Notes: generated by a model from the sequence alone, not told the origin. Numbered from the stretch's first letter, positions 11,283 through 25,058 are shown. The stretch is 64,000 nt of DNA from Chiloscyllium plagiosum (GCF_004010195.1 NC_057719.1:29756419-29820418), one strand, 5' to 3'. Made by a program: numbers and translations.

Positions 11283-13140
11283 AGTCAGAGTGATAGAGAT
11301 GTACAGCACGGAAACAGACCCTTCGGTCCAACTTATCCAAGCCGACCAGATATCCCAACTAATCCAGCCCCACTTGCCAGCACCCGGCCTATATCCCTAT
11401 AAACCCTTCCTATTCATATACCCATCCAGATGCCTTTTAAATGTTGCAATTGTACCAGGCTCCACCACTTCCTCTAGCAGCTCATTCCATACACGCACAA
11501 CCTTAAATCTTTTTTATATCTTTCCACTCTCACCCTAAACCTATGCCCTCTAATTCTGGACTCCCCCACCCCAGAGAAAATACTTTGTCTATTTATCCTA
11601 TCCCCTGCCCCTCACGATTTTATAAACCTCTACAAGGTCACCCCATAGCCTCCAACACTCCAGTGCAAACAGCCCCAGCCTATTCAACTTCTCCCAAAGC
11701 TCAAATCTTCCAACCCTGGCCACATGCTTGTAAATCTTTTCTTTCAAGTTTCACAATGTCCTTCCAACAGGAAGGAGACCAGAATTGCATGCAATTTTCC
11801 AAATGTGACCTGTACAGCTACAACCTGACCTCCCAACTCCTATACTCAATACTCTAACTAATAAAGGAAAGCATATCAAACGCCTTCTTCAGGTACTGGG
11901 GATTTAGCCACTTTTATGCGTTTCAAGACATCCAGCACTTTCTACTCTGTAATATGGACATTTTTCAAGATATCACCATCTATTTCCCTACATTCTATAT
12001 CTTCCATGTCCTTCTCCACAGTGAACACTAATACGAAATACTTATTTAGTACCTCCCCCATCTCCTGCGGCTCTACACAAAGGCCACCTTGCTGATCTTT
12101 GAGGGGAGTGTGTGGTGATGTAAGAGCACAACAGATCAGGCAGCATCCGAGGTGCAGGACTGTCGAGGTTTCGGGCAAAAGCCCTTCACCAGGAATCTGC
12201 AGTCCTCACTTTCGCCTAGTTGATCTTTGAGGGGCCCTATTCTCTCCCTAGTTACTCTTTTATCCTTAATGTATTTGTAAAAACCCTTTGGATATTCCTT
12301 AACCTTATTTGCCAAAGCTATCTCATGTCCCATTTTTGCCCTCTTGATTTCCCTCTTAAGTATACTCCTCCTGCCTTTTTACTTTAATGATTTTCTCAAT
12401 CTACTATGACATATGCTTCCTTCTTTTTCTTAACCAAACCCTCAATTTCTTTAGTCATCCAGCATTCTCTAAACCTACCAGCCTTTCCTTTCACCCTAAC
12501 AGGGATTATACTGTCTCTGGACTCTCATTACCTCATTTCTGAAGGCTTCCCATTTTCCAGCCGTCCCTTTACCTGCAAAACATCTGCCCCCAATCAGCTT
12601 TTGAAAATTCTTGCCTAATACCATCAAAATTGACCTTTCTACAATTTAGAACTTCAGCTTTTAGATCTGGTCTATCCTTTTCCATCACTATTTTAACACT
12701 AATAGAATTATGGTCGATGGTCCAAAATGCTCCCCCACTGACACCGCAGTCTGCCTTATTTCCCAAGAGTAGGTCAAGTTTTGCACCCTCTCTAGAAGGT
12801 ACATCCACATACTGAGTCAGAAAATTTTCTTGTACACACTTAAATTCCTCTCCACCTAAACCCTGAACACTATGGCAGTCCCAGTCTATGTTTGGAAAGT
12901 TAAAATCTCCTATCACAATCACACTATTATTCTCCAAGTAACTGAAATCTCCTTACAAATTTGTTTCTCAATTTCCCACTGACTATTAGGGGGGTCTATA
13001 ATATAACTCCAATAAGGTGATCATCCATTTCTTATTTCTCAATTCCACCCAAATAACTTTCCTGGACATACTTACGGGAATAACCTCCCCAATACAGCTG
13101 TAACGCTATCCCTTATCAAAAATGCCACTCTTGCCACTCC
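11283..13140 (-). mobile_element. CR1 LINE with internal deletion (APE, linker, 3' end)
   Basis: VIGDFNFPNIDW, LDLLLGN, SDHN-like motif, FYKYIKDKRVTRERIGPLKD; CR1 tail at 11285-11340. Confidence 0.92.
12107..12220 (-). mobile_element. Short hammerhead-headed Penelope-derived element (family A), internally inverted, inserted in CR1
   Basis: 14 bp TSD TGATCTTTGAGGGG at 12093-12106 and 12221-12234; 12107-12196 is minus (CTGGTGA-AGGGCTTTTGCCC-GAAACCTC, core mutated), about 12195-12220 is the plus-oriented 3' end. Confidence 0.85.
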
Positions 13141-13549
13141 TCTATAAGTCATAATACCTTTTCACCTCCCCTTAAACTCATGCCTCCTTCATGAAGGGAT
13201 GCAAGAAAATTGGAGGATGGACATCATGTGGTCAATCTCTGAAGCGGTGGAATTCAGTGAAGTCTTAGAGGCTGTAAAGTCCCTAAGCAGAGGATGAATT
13301 GTTATAGTCTGAGCTTATGCTGTGCTTCGTTGTAATGTTCCAGTAGGACCAGGACCACTTATTCTCTTATGGTATCTTAAGAAGAATTCCAAAGAGGTGT
13401 AACACTTCCTTAGCTGTCTCCTCATCGTTCAAGGATCCAAAAGTAACCTCAAGGTGCAGGAGCATTTTACTTGTACCTTTTCAAGTTAGTCTACCATATT
13501 CTCTGCTCACAAATTTAAACCAGCTATCTAAATATTCTGTCAACAAGAG

Positions 13550-14118
13550 CAGGTCAGAGGCTGGCAGAATAACTCAGCTCTAGGCTGCCCAGAGCCTGTC
13601 CACTATCTACAAAATAGAAGTCGGAGGTGTGATGGAATACTCTCCTCTTTCCTGAATAAATGCAGCACCAATTACATTCTAGAACCTTGACATCATCCTG
13701 AAAACACAGACGACATGACTCACACTCCATCAAACACATCAAAATTCACATCCTCAACCAGGACGGCCAAGTGGCTGTGATGCATTTCATCTACAATATA
13801 TGTACCATCTACAAAATGCACTGCAAAAAAAAAAACCAAGGATCTTTAAACAGAATCTTCCAAATTGCGATAACAACCATCTTGGAAGAAAGAAAGCAGC
13901 ACTTCTATGAGGACACTACAACCTACAAATTCCCCTCCAAGCCACATACTATCCTGATTTTGAACAATATCACTGGATCAAAATCCTACAAATTCCTCTA
14001 CAACAGCACTATTGTTGCATCTACACTGCATGAACTTCAGTACTCAAGAAGGCAGCTCATCACCACCTTCTCAAGAGCAAATAGGGGCAATAAATCTTAG
14101 CTTAACCAGCTACTCCAA
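13550..14118 (+). mobile_element. Old LINE 3' end (CR1/L2-type, shares tail with Deu/SacSINE-like SINE)
   Basis: CCCTCCAAGCCACA...CAAGAAGGCAGCTCATCACCACCTTCTCAAG...GGGCAATAAAT; related copies at 36240-36480 and 63230-63630. Confidence 0.6.
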
Positions 14119-15444
14119 CATAGAACATAGAACAATATAGCATGGGAACAGGCCCTTATGGCCACCATTTCTGTGCCAACCATGAAGCCATTCTAAACTA
14201 ATATCATCTGCCTGCACATGGTCCATATCTCGCTAATCCTTGCCTGATTATGTGTCTGTCTAAATATCTCTGTGCAAGCATATGCAGCATACCATCCAGA
14301 TAATGCCTGTAGTTTGGCAATAGCCATGATACTTTAATTGTGTTAATCCATTGTACCATTGCTATTTGAGCCACAAGAAACTGGAGAAGGCCAATGGAAA
14401 GCAAGGGCTAGTCCCTCATCACCAATTTTGGAACACATCTCACACAGATTGAGGGCAGCATGGTATGTGCAATGATGCCAAACAGACCACTGGGATGTTT
14501 AAGCAATGTAAGCCTCCTGAAACGCATTGAAGGAACCCCGGAGGGAGGGAAGAAGTGAGTCCTTGACTCTCGTGGTCTGCTGCATCTTGCAGAAACAAAC
14601 AATGACAGCACAATTCTTGTCATAAGGTTTACAATGAGAAACGGAAAAGGTGGAGAAGGAGGAAGAGAGGCTGCTGGTGGAAGGGAGAATGCAATAAATA
14701 CACTGCCTTTCTGGCCAAAGTATTCATGATCAGATCATGACAACAGGGAATGCAATCTCATTCCCCATTATACAACCATTCCATACTTTTCAAAGAATGC
14801 TGAAGTAAAAGTCACCATAGAACAAATTTACCGAAACAGCTCAATCAATTAAACCACCCAATATACCAAACAAAAGTTAACTACTATATTAGCCTTCTGC
14901 CTCGATTGCACAACCAGTCAGTTTTTTAGATTAGATTTTTAGATTAGATTAATTCTCTGAAGTGAATATTTGAGGCCAAGCTAGATTGATGCCCTTGCCT
15001 AACAAGAATTTAAAGTTCAACGGTAGATTGGAAAACTGAACTCCAAATTTAACAGATTAGCCATGACCCTATTGAATGGCAGCATATGCTCAAAGGGTTG
15101 GATGGCCTACTTTTGTTCCTAATTTGTATTCATACTCATCTTTCATTAGTCTTCACATGTTCTTGTGCTTCTGTGCAGTGTCACCTCAGTATGAGGCAAG
15201 ATGGATAAAGAGCACCAGTTGAGATGGGGTATTTAGATTTTCAAAAGACATTCAAAAAGTTTATTTCACAATATAAAGGTTCATGTATTGGGGATGATAC
15301 ATTAATAAGAGTAAAGGAGTAGCTAACTGAAAGGAAACAAAAGATGGGCTAAGTGTGTCAATTTCGGGTTGGTAAATGTTAACTAGTGTAGTGTCAACCA
15401 AATTGGTTGTGGACCTCAATTATTTATTGCCTCCATTAAATTTT

Positions 15445-15790
15445 CTTATTCATGCACAGGATGTAGGTGTCACTGACTCGGTCCATCATTGTCCATCCTT
15501 AATTACCCTGAGGGTAGTTGAGAGTCAACCACATTGCTAAGGGTTTGGAGTCATATGCAAGTCAGACTAGATGAGGATATCAGATTTTCTTCCCTTAGGA
15601 CATTAGTGAGCTGGATGGGTTTTTCTGACAATTGACAATGGCTTCATGGTCATCAGTAGATTCTTAATTTCACATATTTTTTACTGAATTCAAATTCCAA
15701 CATCTTGCATGGTGGGATTCGAACCCCAGAATGTTAGCTGAGTTTCTTGATTAACAACCTAGTAATAATACCATTAGGCCATTGCCTCCC
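15445..15790 (-). mobile_element. Deu/SacSINE-like tRNA-derived SINE
   Basis: Minus strand starts GGGGAGGCAATGGCCTAATGGT (A box) and GGGGTTCGAATCCC (B box); central domain and AATAAG tail shared with other copies. Confidence 0.75.
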
Positions 15791-16388
15791 CTATTAATGA
15801 CTTTGATAAAAGGACAGGGTGTAATTGCATCCAAATTTGCCGATGATACAAAAATAGGTGGGAAAGTAAATCATGAGAATACATCTGCAAGGGACATAGG
15901 AATAAATGAGTAGTGAAATAATTTAAAGTGATAATGTGAAGCTTTTCATTTTGGCTGAAAGAACAGAAAAGCAGAATGTTATTTAACAGGAGAATACAGA
16001 ATACAGCAGTACTGAGAGATTTTAGTATCCTTGAACACAAATTGTTAAAAAGTCAGCATGCAGGTAAGTAATTAGAAAGGCAAATAGCATGTTGGTCTTT
16101 ATTACAAAGGGGACAGAATCTAAGAGGGAAGAAGTCTTGTTGTAGCTTTAAAGCACAGTGTTGAGATAGCACCTGGGGAACTGTGTATAACTTTCACCTC
16201 CTTGAATAGGAATATACTTGATTTATAAATAATTCACAGAAGATCCTACATCAATTTCTGGGTTGAAGGGGGTCATCTTATGAGGGACGGCTGAATTAGT
16301 TGGACCTTTACTCACTGGATTTCAAAAGAACAAGAGGTAATCATGTGTAAACAGATTCTGAAGGGGTTTGATAGTGTAAATGCTGAAG

Positions 16389-16513
16389 CCCTGATGATGG
16401 GTTATGCCCAAAACAAGAGTCCTTTGCTCCTCAGATGCTGCCTGACCTGCTGTGCCTTTTCCAGCGCCACACTTTATCGACACTAACTCTTCAGCATCTG
16501 TCGTCCTATCTCC
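16389..16513 (+). mobile_element. Short hammerhead-headed element (family A), degenerate ribozyme
   Basis: 12 bp TSD TAAATGCTGAAG (16377-16388, 16514-16525); begins CC-CTGATGA-TGGGTTATGCCC-AAAAC (GAAA mutated). Confidence 0.8.
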
Positions 16514-16977
16514 TAAATGCTGAAGGGATGTTTTCTGTTGTTGCAGAATACACAACATAGGCGAACACTTTAAGCATAAGGTGTCATTCACTTAAGATGG
16601 CGAATAGGAGGAATTTCTTTTCAGAGGTTATTAATCACTAGAATTCTCTTCACCAGGGAACAATGGATGCTGGGTAATTTAATATATCCATGTTGCACAG
16701 ATCTTTAACGGACTGGAGCGTCAAGGATATTAGGGTGGTCCTCAATCAAGTCAGCCATGATCTTATTGAATGGTAGAGAATATTATAGGAGGCAAATGGC
16801 CTAATCCTACTTCAAATAATTTTGGAGTAATGTACTTGAAACTTCCAAACTCATTCAGGAAATAGTAACTTTCAGATACATCATATCCAGAATGTAGAAT
16901 GCTATTGCAAGGTTTTTCACGGGGGCAAAACCAAAGGAGGGATGGTTAAGACACCTGGTCAAAAATAAACATTTTTA

Positions 16978-17139
<162 letters not shown>

Positions 17140-17589
17140 CTAGAAAAATAATTCAAAGGTTTTTTGGAACAAATATGATGCTCTAATTGTACTGGTCTCT
17201 TATTGCACTACAATAAAGAACACATAACTTTAGAACCTTCAGGTGATCGTCTCAATGGACCGAACAGCCTCCTTTTGCATCTCAACAATTTTGATCTTGC
17301 AATTCAATACTTTAGCAACATTTAAAGTAACACATCATGGAGAAGAACTTGTATTTATCTTACACTACCCTACATATCTCAATAACTCTACAGAACATTT
17401 CAAAATCATAAATTATTCAAAAAAAATTTAAACACCAAGCAACTTCTACAGATGCCTGTTGGTGGCAGTATTGAGCTGTTACAAACTATACTCAAGACAA
17501 AACTAGCAGCATCTTAATGGTATGCAGACTGATTTCAACAAGTTACTTTAAAAGGGGTTATATAATTGCCATAAAATGTTCCAAGGCAA

Positions 17590-18030
17590 TTCAGAAGTAT
17601 TATTAAAAGGAATTAAGTTTCTGAAACTGTGAAATAGGCAAAATCCGTAGGTTTTGCTGAGCATCTGAAGAGAAAAATAAGTGAGGTAGAAAGGCTTACA
17701 GAAAGAATTCCAGTTTACAAATTTTACAATTAGAGGGTTGGTCATGAAGGGCGGAGTGATTAAAGCAAAGGTTTGGCAACAAGCTAGAATTAGAGGAAAA
17801 CAAAGAAGTGGAAGGTTGGAGAGCAGCAAGAGATTATAAAAGGATTTCAACATAAGGATGAGAATTTTAACATCCAGATAGTACTTAAATTGGGAGCCAA
17901 TGTCAATCTGTGAGCCCAAGCGCAACAAGGTAATCAAGTCTTTGGATGATATTAGAACAGTTTTAGGGATTAAGAGCAAAAGAGTGGCAAGGAAAATGTT
18001 ATAATAGCCAAGGCTATAGGTTTAAAAGAA
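17590..18030 (-). mobile_element. Old L2-like LINE fragment
   Basis: Purine-rich plus strand typical of antisense L2 (GAAAGAATTCCAG...GGATGAGAATTTTAA...GGGAGCCAATGT); appears to resume after 22335. Confidence 0.45.
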
Positions 18031-18037
18031 AATGTGA

Positions 18038-21000
18038 GGGACTTACCTCGGGAATCGGGCCTCCATTTTGCCAGAGCGGCGGGGGGAGAAGGAGTGGTGA
18101 AGCGAGGGCTGCCAGGGTGAGTTTTCCTGCATTAAAAGGAACTTATCTCGGAAGTCGGGCTTCCATTTGCCAAGAGGTGCGAGGGAAGAGCGAAGGACTT
18201 CTGGGAAGTCATATATTGGTTGAGTTACCCGAAACACTACTCGGGTAGCGTCTCCCACCATCCTCCTCCTCTAACCAGAAAAAAAGGATCTGTGCGCCAG
18301 CTTGGTAAGGTAACAAGTTTATTTTTTTATTCCTTATTTTTTAAACAGTCTCTTTGGGAATTTAGAATAGTGAGAATGGAGGTTAGGGCAGTTGAATGTT
18401 CCTCCTGCAGAATGTGGGAGGTAAGGGTCACCACTAGTGTCAATGCTGACTACACCTGTGGGAAGTGCACCCAACTCCAGCTCTTCGAAAACTGCTTTAG
18501 GGAACTGGAGCTGGAGCTGGATGAACTTTAGATCATTCGGGAGGCAGAGGGGGTTATTGAGAGGAGTTTCAGGAGGTAGTCGCTCCTAAGGTACAAGAAA
18601 AAGGCAGGGATCCCCTGTGGCCATTCCCCTCAACAATAAGTATACCGTTTTGGATACTGTTGCGGGGGGGGGGGAAACAACTTACCAGGGAAAAGCAGTG
18701 GGGTACAGGGTTCTGGCACAGAGTCTGTCCCTGTTGCTCAGAAGGGAAAGGGGAAGAGGAGCACAGCAGCAGTCACTGGGGACTCCTTAGTTAGGAGGAC
18801 AGATAGGAGGTTCTGTGGGGACAAGAGAGACTCACGGTTGGTATGTTGCCTCCCAGGAGCCAGGGTTCGTGATGTCTCTGATCGTGTTTTTGGGCTCCTT
18901 AAGGGGGAGGGGGAGCAGCCCCAAATCGTGGTCCACATTGGCACCAACGACGTACGTAGGAAGAGAGATGGGGATTTAAGGCAGAAATTCAGGCAGCTAG
19001 AATGGAAGCTTAGAGCTAGGACAGACAGAGTTGTTGTCTCTGGTTTGTTGCCCGTGCCACGTGCTAGTGAGGCAAGGAATAGGATGAGAGAGGAGTTGAA
19101 CACATGGCTACAGGGATGGTGCAGGAGGGAGGGTTTTGGATTCTTGGATAATTGGGGCTCTTTCTGGGGTAGGTTGGACCTCTACAAACAAGCAGGATGG
19201 TCTTCATCTGAACCAGAGGGGTACCAATATCCTGGGGGGGAAATTCGCTAAGGCTATTGGGGTGGGTTTAAACTAATCCAGCAGGGGGATGGGAATCAAA
19301 ATTGTAGTTCAAGTATAGAAAATGTTGAGAGTAGGGAGATCCAAAATCAAGTTTCAGGGACGCAAGATGGCACTGGCAAGCAAGAAGTTGGTTTGAAGTG
19401 TGTCTACTTCAACACCAGGAGCATCTGGAATAAGGTGGGTGAACTTGCAGCATGGGTAGGTACCTGGGACTTCGATGTTGTGGCCATTTTGGAGACATGG
19501 TTAGAGCAGGGACAGAAATGGTTATTGCAGGTTCCAAGATTTAGATGTTTCAGTAAGAACAGAGAAGATGGTAAAAAAGCGGGAGGTGTGGCATTGTTGG
19601 TCAAGGACAGTATTTCAGTTGCAGAAAGGATATTTGGGGACTCGTCAACTGAGGTAGTATGGGCTGAAGTTAGAAACAGGAAAGGAGGTCACCCTGTTGG
19701 CAGTTTTCTATAGGCCTCTGAATAATTCCAGAGATGTAGAGGAAAGGATAGCAAAGATGATTTTCGATAGGAGTGAGAGAGACAGGGTAGCCGTCATGGG
19801 GGACTTCAACTTTCCAAATATTGACTGGGAACACTATAGTACGAGTACTATAGATGGGTCAGTTTCTGTCCAGTGTGTGCAGGAGTGTATGTAGACAGGC
19901 CAACAAGGGGCGAAGCTACATTAGATTTGGTACTGGGTAATGAGCCCGGCCAGGTGTTAGACTTGGAGGTAGGTGAGCACTTTGGTGATAGCGGTCACAA
20001 TTCTGCTATGTTTACTTTAGTGATAGAAAGGGATAGGTGTATACCACTGGGCAAGTGTTACAGCTGGGGGAAAGGCAATTACAATGCGATTAGGCAAGAT
20101 TTAGGAAGCATAGGATGGGGAAGGAAACTGCAGGGGATAGGCACATTAGAAATGTGGAGCTTATTCACAGAAAAGCTACTGTGTGTCCCTAGATAAGTAT
20201 GTACCTGTCAGGCAGGGAGGAAGCTGTAGAACATGGGAGCCATGGTTTACGAAGGAAGTGGAATCTCTGGTCAAGAGGAAGAAGGCGGCTTATGTTAGAA
20301 TGAAATGTGAAGGCTCAGTTAGGGCGCTTGATGGTTACAAGGTAGCCAGGAAAGACCTAAAGAGAGAGCTCAGAAAAGCCAGGAGGAGACATGAGAAGTT
20401 GTTGGCAGATAGGATCAGGGTAAACCCTAAGGCTTTCTATAGGTACATAGAACATAGAACATAGAAAAATACAGTGCAGTACAGGCCCTTTGGCCCTCGA
20501 TGTTGCGCCGATCCAAGCCCACCTAACCTACACTAGCCCACTATCCTCCATATGCCTATCCACTGACGTTTAAATGCCAATAAAGAGGGAGAGTCCACCA
20601 GTATTTAAGGAATAAAAGCATGATGAGAGTAAGATTAGGGCCAATCAAGGATAGTAGTGGGAAGTTGTGTGTGGAGTCAGAGGAGATAGGGGAAGCACTA
20701 AATGAATATTTTTCGACAGTATTCACTCTAGAAAACGACAATGTTGTCGAGGAAAATACGGAGATACAGGCTACTAGACTAGGTGTGATTGAGGTTCTCA
20801 AGGAAGAGGTATTAGAAATCCTGTAGAGTGTGAAAATAGGTAAGTCCCCTGGGCTGGATGGGATTTATCCGAGGATTCTCTGGGAAGCCAGGGAGGAGAT
20901 TGCCGAGCCTTTGGCATTGATCTTTAAATCGTCATTGTCTACAGGAATAGTGCCAGAAGACTGGAGGATAGCAAAAGTGGTTTCCCTGTTCAAGAAGGGG

Positions 21001-22332
21001 AATAGAGACAATCCTGGTAATTATAGACCAGTGAGCCTTACTTCAGTTGTTGTAAAAAGTGTTGGAAAAGGTTATAAGAGATAGGATTTATCATCATCTA
21101 GAAAAGAATAATTTGATTAGAGATAGTCAGCACGGTTTTGTGAAGGGTAGGTCATGCCTCACAAACCTTATTGAGTTCTTTGAGAAGGTGACCAAAGAAA
21201 TGAGAGTAAACCAGTTGATGTGGTGTATATGGATTTCAGCAAGGCGTTCGATAAGGTTCCCCACAGTAAGCTATTGTACAAAATGCGGAGGAATGGGATT
21301 GTGGGAGATATAGCAGTTTGGATCAGTAATTGACTTGCTGAAAGAAGACAGAGGGTGGTGGTTGATGGGAAATGTTCATCCTGGAGCCCAGTTACCAGTG
21401 GTGTACGCAAAGGTCGGTGTTGGGTCCACTGCTGTTCGTCATTTTTATAAACGATCTGGATGAGGGCGTAGAAGGCTGGGTTAGTAAATTTGCAGACGAC
21501 ACTAAGGTCGGTGGAGTTGTGGATAGTGACGAAGGATGTTGTAGGTTACAGAGAGACATAGATAAGCTGCAGAGCTGGGCTGAGAGGTGGCAAATGGAGT
21601 TTAATGCGGAGGTGATTCACTTTGGTCGGAATGCAAAGTACTGGGCTAATGATAAGATTCTTGGTAGTGTAGATGAGCAGAGAGATCTCGGTGTCCAGGT
21701 ACATAGATCCTTGAAAGTTGCCACCCAGATTGACAGGATTGTTAAGAAGGCATAGTGTTTTAGCTTTTATTAATAGAGGAATCAAGTTCCGGAACCATGA
21801 GGTTATGCTACAGTGACCACACTTGGAGTATTGTGTACAGTTCTGGTCACCCCATTATAAGGAGCATGTGAAAGCTTTGGAAAGGGTGCAGAAGAGATTT
21901 ACTAGGATGTTGCCTGGTATAGAGGGAAGGTCTTACGAGGAAAGGCCAAGGGATCTGAGGCTGTTTTCATGAGAGAGAAGACGGTTGAGAGGTGACTTAA
22001 TAGAAACATACAAGAAAGTCAGAAGGTTAGATAGGGTGGACAGGGAGAGCCTTTTACCAAGAATGGTGATGGCGAGCACGATTGCTTTAAATTGAGGTGT
22101 GATAGATATAGGACAGATGTCAGAGGTAGTTTCTTTACTCAGAGAGTAGTAAGGGTATTGAATGCTTTGCCTGCAACGATAGTAGATTCACCAACTTTAA
22201 GTACATTTAAGTCGTCATTGGACAAGTACATGGAATAGTATAGGTTAGATGGGCTTCAGATTGGTATGACAGGTTGGCGCAACATCAAGGGCCGAAGGGC
22301 CTGTACTGCGCTGTAATGTTGTATGTTCTATG
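18038..22332 (+). mobile_element. Near full-length CR1 LINE (5' UTR, ORF1 zinc-finger/leucine zipper/esterase, ORF2 APE-RT), frameshifted
   Basis: ORF1 CSSCRMWE...CGKCTQLQL, GDS...LPGA...HIGTND (SGNH esterase); ORF2 YFNTRS, ETWL, GDFNFP, FADDTK; tail GGGCCTGTACTGCGCTGTAATGTT..TATGTTCTATG. Confidence 0.95.
20449..20600 (-). mobile_element. CR1 3' tail nested antisense in the full-length CR1
   Basis: (CATAGAA)3 then TACAGTGCAGTACAGGCCCTT interrupting KAFYRY|LRNK. Confidence 0.85.
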
Positions 22333-22995
22333 TGAATGACGGTTTTAGCACAGTCAAATTGAGGTAGAGTTAAAATCAGGCCTCCAGATTACAGAGGTGG
22401 TAGTAAGCGATCTTACTGATCAGCTAGAAATATGATTAGGATATGTGATCAGACACACCACTCATAGACTAAATCATTAGCATGGTTTTTCTTAGCACAC
22501 ACTAACAGATCAGCTGAGTATCAAACATTTTATGTTTTATTTCAAATTTCCAGTGTCTGCAGTAAATCATTTTATAGCTCAGAAGGAGAGGGGAGATGAT
22601 GAGGGTATCAGTGAAAGTGTCTTTGATACTCTATATCTTTCCTGTGATTTTAGAAATGTAAGGTTCATAATTATTCAAAGTAAAGTAATTGGCAATATCT
22701 TGGGATTGCAATAAGATTAAACAATAATGCACCAAAATTATGATGTTATTTTCTCCAAAGCAAATTGTAGGTTCTGAAAACATTGCAGTCTGTAATTTTA
22801 TTAAATCTTTGGTTATTTACATAAAAATGTAATTTACTGATATTGTACTACATTACAATCAATATAATTTCAAATCTAAAGAAAATTCAGTATTTTATTA
22901 GGAGTATTTGACATGCCTTGAACAAAATAAACTATTCAGAAAAGCATCATACTCAAGAGTATTCATTTTTACTTCTCCCAAAATACATAACTCAC

Positions 22996-23214
22996 CGTTA
23001 TATGGCACTCAACAATCCACAGTTGAGTAAGCAGAGGACATGCTTCCAAACCTTCAATTTTTGTGATATTTTGCTTCACTAATGTAAGAACAACTAAATT
23101 TGGAAAGTATAGCAGTCCCACCATTTGTGGATATCCAGAGAAGAACATTTCCAGTTCAGTGACTGATGGTCCTTCCTGAGCAATCTTCTCATATGACAAT
23201 CCATTGCACATACA
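22996..23214 (-). CDS. LRRC9: LRRC9 coding exon 2 (219 bp): CMCNGLSYEKIAQEGPSVTELEMFFSGYPQMVGLLYFPNL...LWIVECHIT
   Basis: tgttttgtcag acceptor, ACG|gtgagt donor, phase 0/0; CxCNGLSY and LEMFFxGYP are diagnostic of the LRRC9 N-terminus. Confidence 0.96.
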
Positions 23215-23763
23215 CTGACAAAACATTTTAAAAAATGAATTAGAAGTGAGATTTAATTTCTAGCTTTATTAGATCTCCATACTTCCATAGTCCCAGATTT
23301 ACATTCATAACAGCAGGAGTTAAATTAAAAACTCCAGTTTTGACTTAGAAGTAAACTTTTTAAACCACCAAAGCCGATCTATTTTGGGTGAGCAAATATT
23401 TTGACGATTTTTAATGTAACACTGAGTTAGAGATGAAGTCTAACAGGACAGACCATCATGGAATCTAGGGTCTATATTTTTGTTGTTTCTCTCAAACATA
23501 ATAACATCAAAGAGAACTTAATTCTTCAATCAGCATTTAATTCAGAATTGCCAACAATGAATGGAGATATTGCGAAAGGTTTCACCATGCGATAATTAAA
23601 ATCATAGAATCCTGACAGAAAAGAAGCTATTCCGCCCATTGAATCTTGACTAATCCCCAGGGGACATCCTACCCAGATGTACCCTATCCCTGTAACCCCT
23701 CAATTCTGATTAAGTGACATCTGCCATATTATTCTTGGTACCCTGTACAGGTTGGGCTCTCAG

Positions 23764-24083
23764 TGGGCGGCACGGTGGCACAGTGGTTAGCACTGCTGCC
23801 TCACAGCGCCGGAGACCCAGGTTCAATTCCCGCCTCAGGTGACTGACTGTTTGGAGTTTGCACGTTCTCCCCGTGTCTGCGTGGGTTTCCTCCTGGTGCT
23901 CCGGTTTCCTCCCACAGTCCAAAGATGTGCAGGTCAGGTGAATTGGCCATGCTAAATTGCCCGTAGTGTTAGGTAAGGGGTAAATGTAGGGGTATGGGTG
24001 GGTTGCGCTTCGGCGGGTCGGTGTGGACTTGTTGGGCCGAAGGGCCTGTTTCCACACTGTAATGTAATCTAATCTAAATCTAA
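23764..24083 (+). mobile_element. Full-length HE1 V-SINE
   Basis: GGGCGGCACGGTGGCACAGTGGTTAG...GGTTCAATTCCCGCC, V-domain, (AATCT)n tail; CpGs retained, so probably young. Confidence 0.95.
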
Positions 24084-25058
24084 ATCAGTAGTTGAGTATT
24101 CTTTACTCCGGTTAACCGCACCTGTTGTTGTGCAGCCAACTGAGAAAAACATGACCAAATAGGTGAAGGAGGGAAATGGAGGAAGGGGGCACAAAAAAAA
24201 CTTAAAAGTGGAGGAGCAATGCATAGAGGGAAGTAGTATAGGGAAATCTGCTTGATTAAGTTGCAGTTTCAATAAGTTTCAGTTCCTTAATCAAATTAAA
24301 ATTATTTAAGTGAGGAATTAAGTTATATTCTGTTCAACGGTAGTCAATGTAGGAAACTTATGCAATACATTACTTACTCAACCTCACTTGGGGATGTAGA
24401 GGTACTGTTACCACTTAGTTCTATATCACTGAACTTTCATTTTTTCAAGATTGAACAAACAAGTTCACAACATACCTAGTATTTTATGCTAATTGTGATT
24501 ATGCACCTTTATTTTGTTGATAATGGCTTTGTGTTATTTCTGTATTAGTTTTACATTATATAGTTTTAATGTCATGTACAAATTTAGAATTTAAACATTT
24601 ATGAAAAAGCTAACTCTTCCCATCATCATTAGCTGCCCATAAAAGCCATTCTCCACCAGATGACCTTTAAAAACAAATGGCCATTGATAAAGGTATTTGG
24701 TGTAATTAGAAACTCTCATCAATTTAACAAAATTGAGGCAATGAACTCAGAGTATCAATTGCAGAACATGGCAGAGATGGCTTCATGAATAATTGACATC
24801 TTAGGAACCAATTCGAAGACAGTAGGAACTGATGACACTTGGATAGCTATTGTATGTAAAGAAATCAGTTAGTGGTTAAGCAGACATCATTTAGGCAGAC
24901 ATCATTTAGCAGTCAAGACTGATCATGAATTGTTCACGTCAGTTAGAATTCAGGGTGTCTCTAATCATGCACAGGGCGCAGTAGCACAATAAGGGTAAAT
25001 AAGACCTGGTTTAATGGTTTGTGTTGCAAAGAGAAAAATCGAAAACAGGCCAACTTCA

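Larger units (their letters stand above)
10960..13520. mobile_element. Old Penelope-like fragments (about 10960-11280 and 13200-13520) split by a CR1 insertion
   Basis: Sequence resembles the region upstream of the GIY-YIG domain seen at 41374-41620 (CAAGAGGTGTAACAC...TTTACTTGTACC...GTCTAC..TATTC). Confidence 0.4.
15190..16820 (+). mobile_element. Old CR1 LINE RT/3' region with nested SINE and hammerhead element
   Basis: TATTTAGATTTTCAAAAG (YLDFQK), TCCAAATTTGCCGATGATACAAAA (SKFADDTK), CR1 3' UTR CAGCCATGATCTTATTGAATGG. Confidence 0.75.

Noticed and set aside
23764..23835. tRNA-like sequence with A and B boxes as a tRNA gene (also at 36-105)
   Set aside because: Continues directly into the HE1 V-domain and LINE-derived tail, so it is a SINE head
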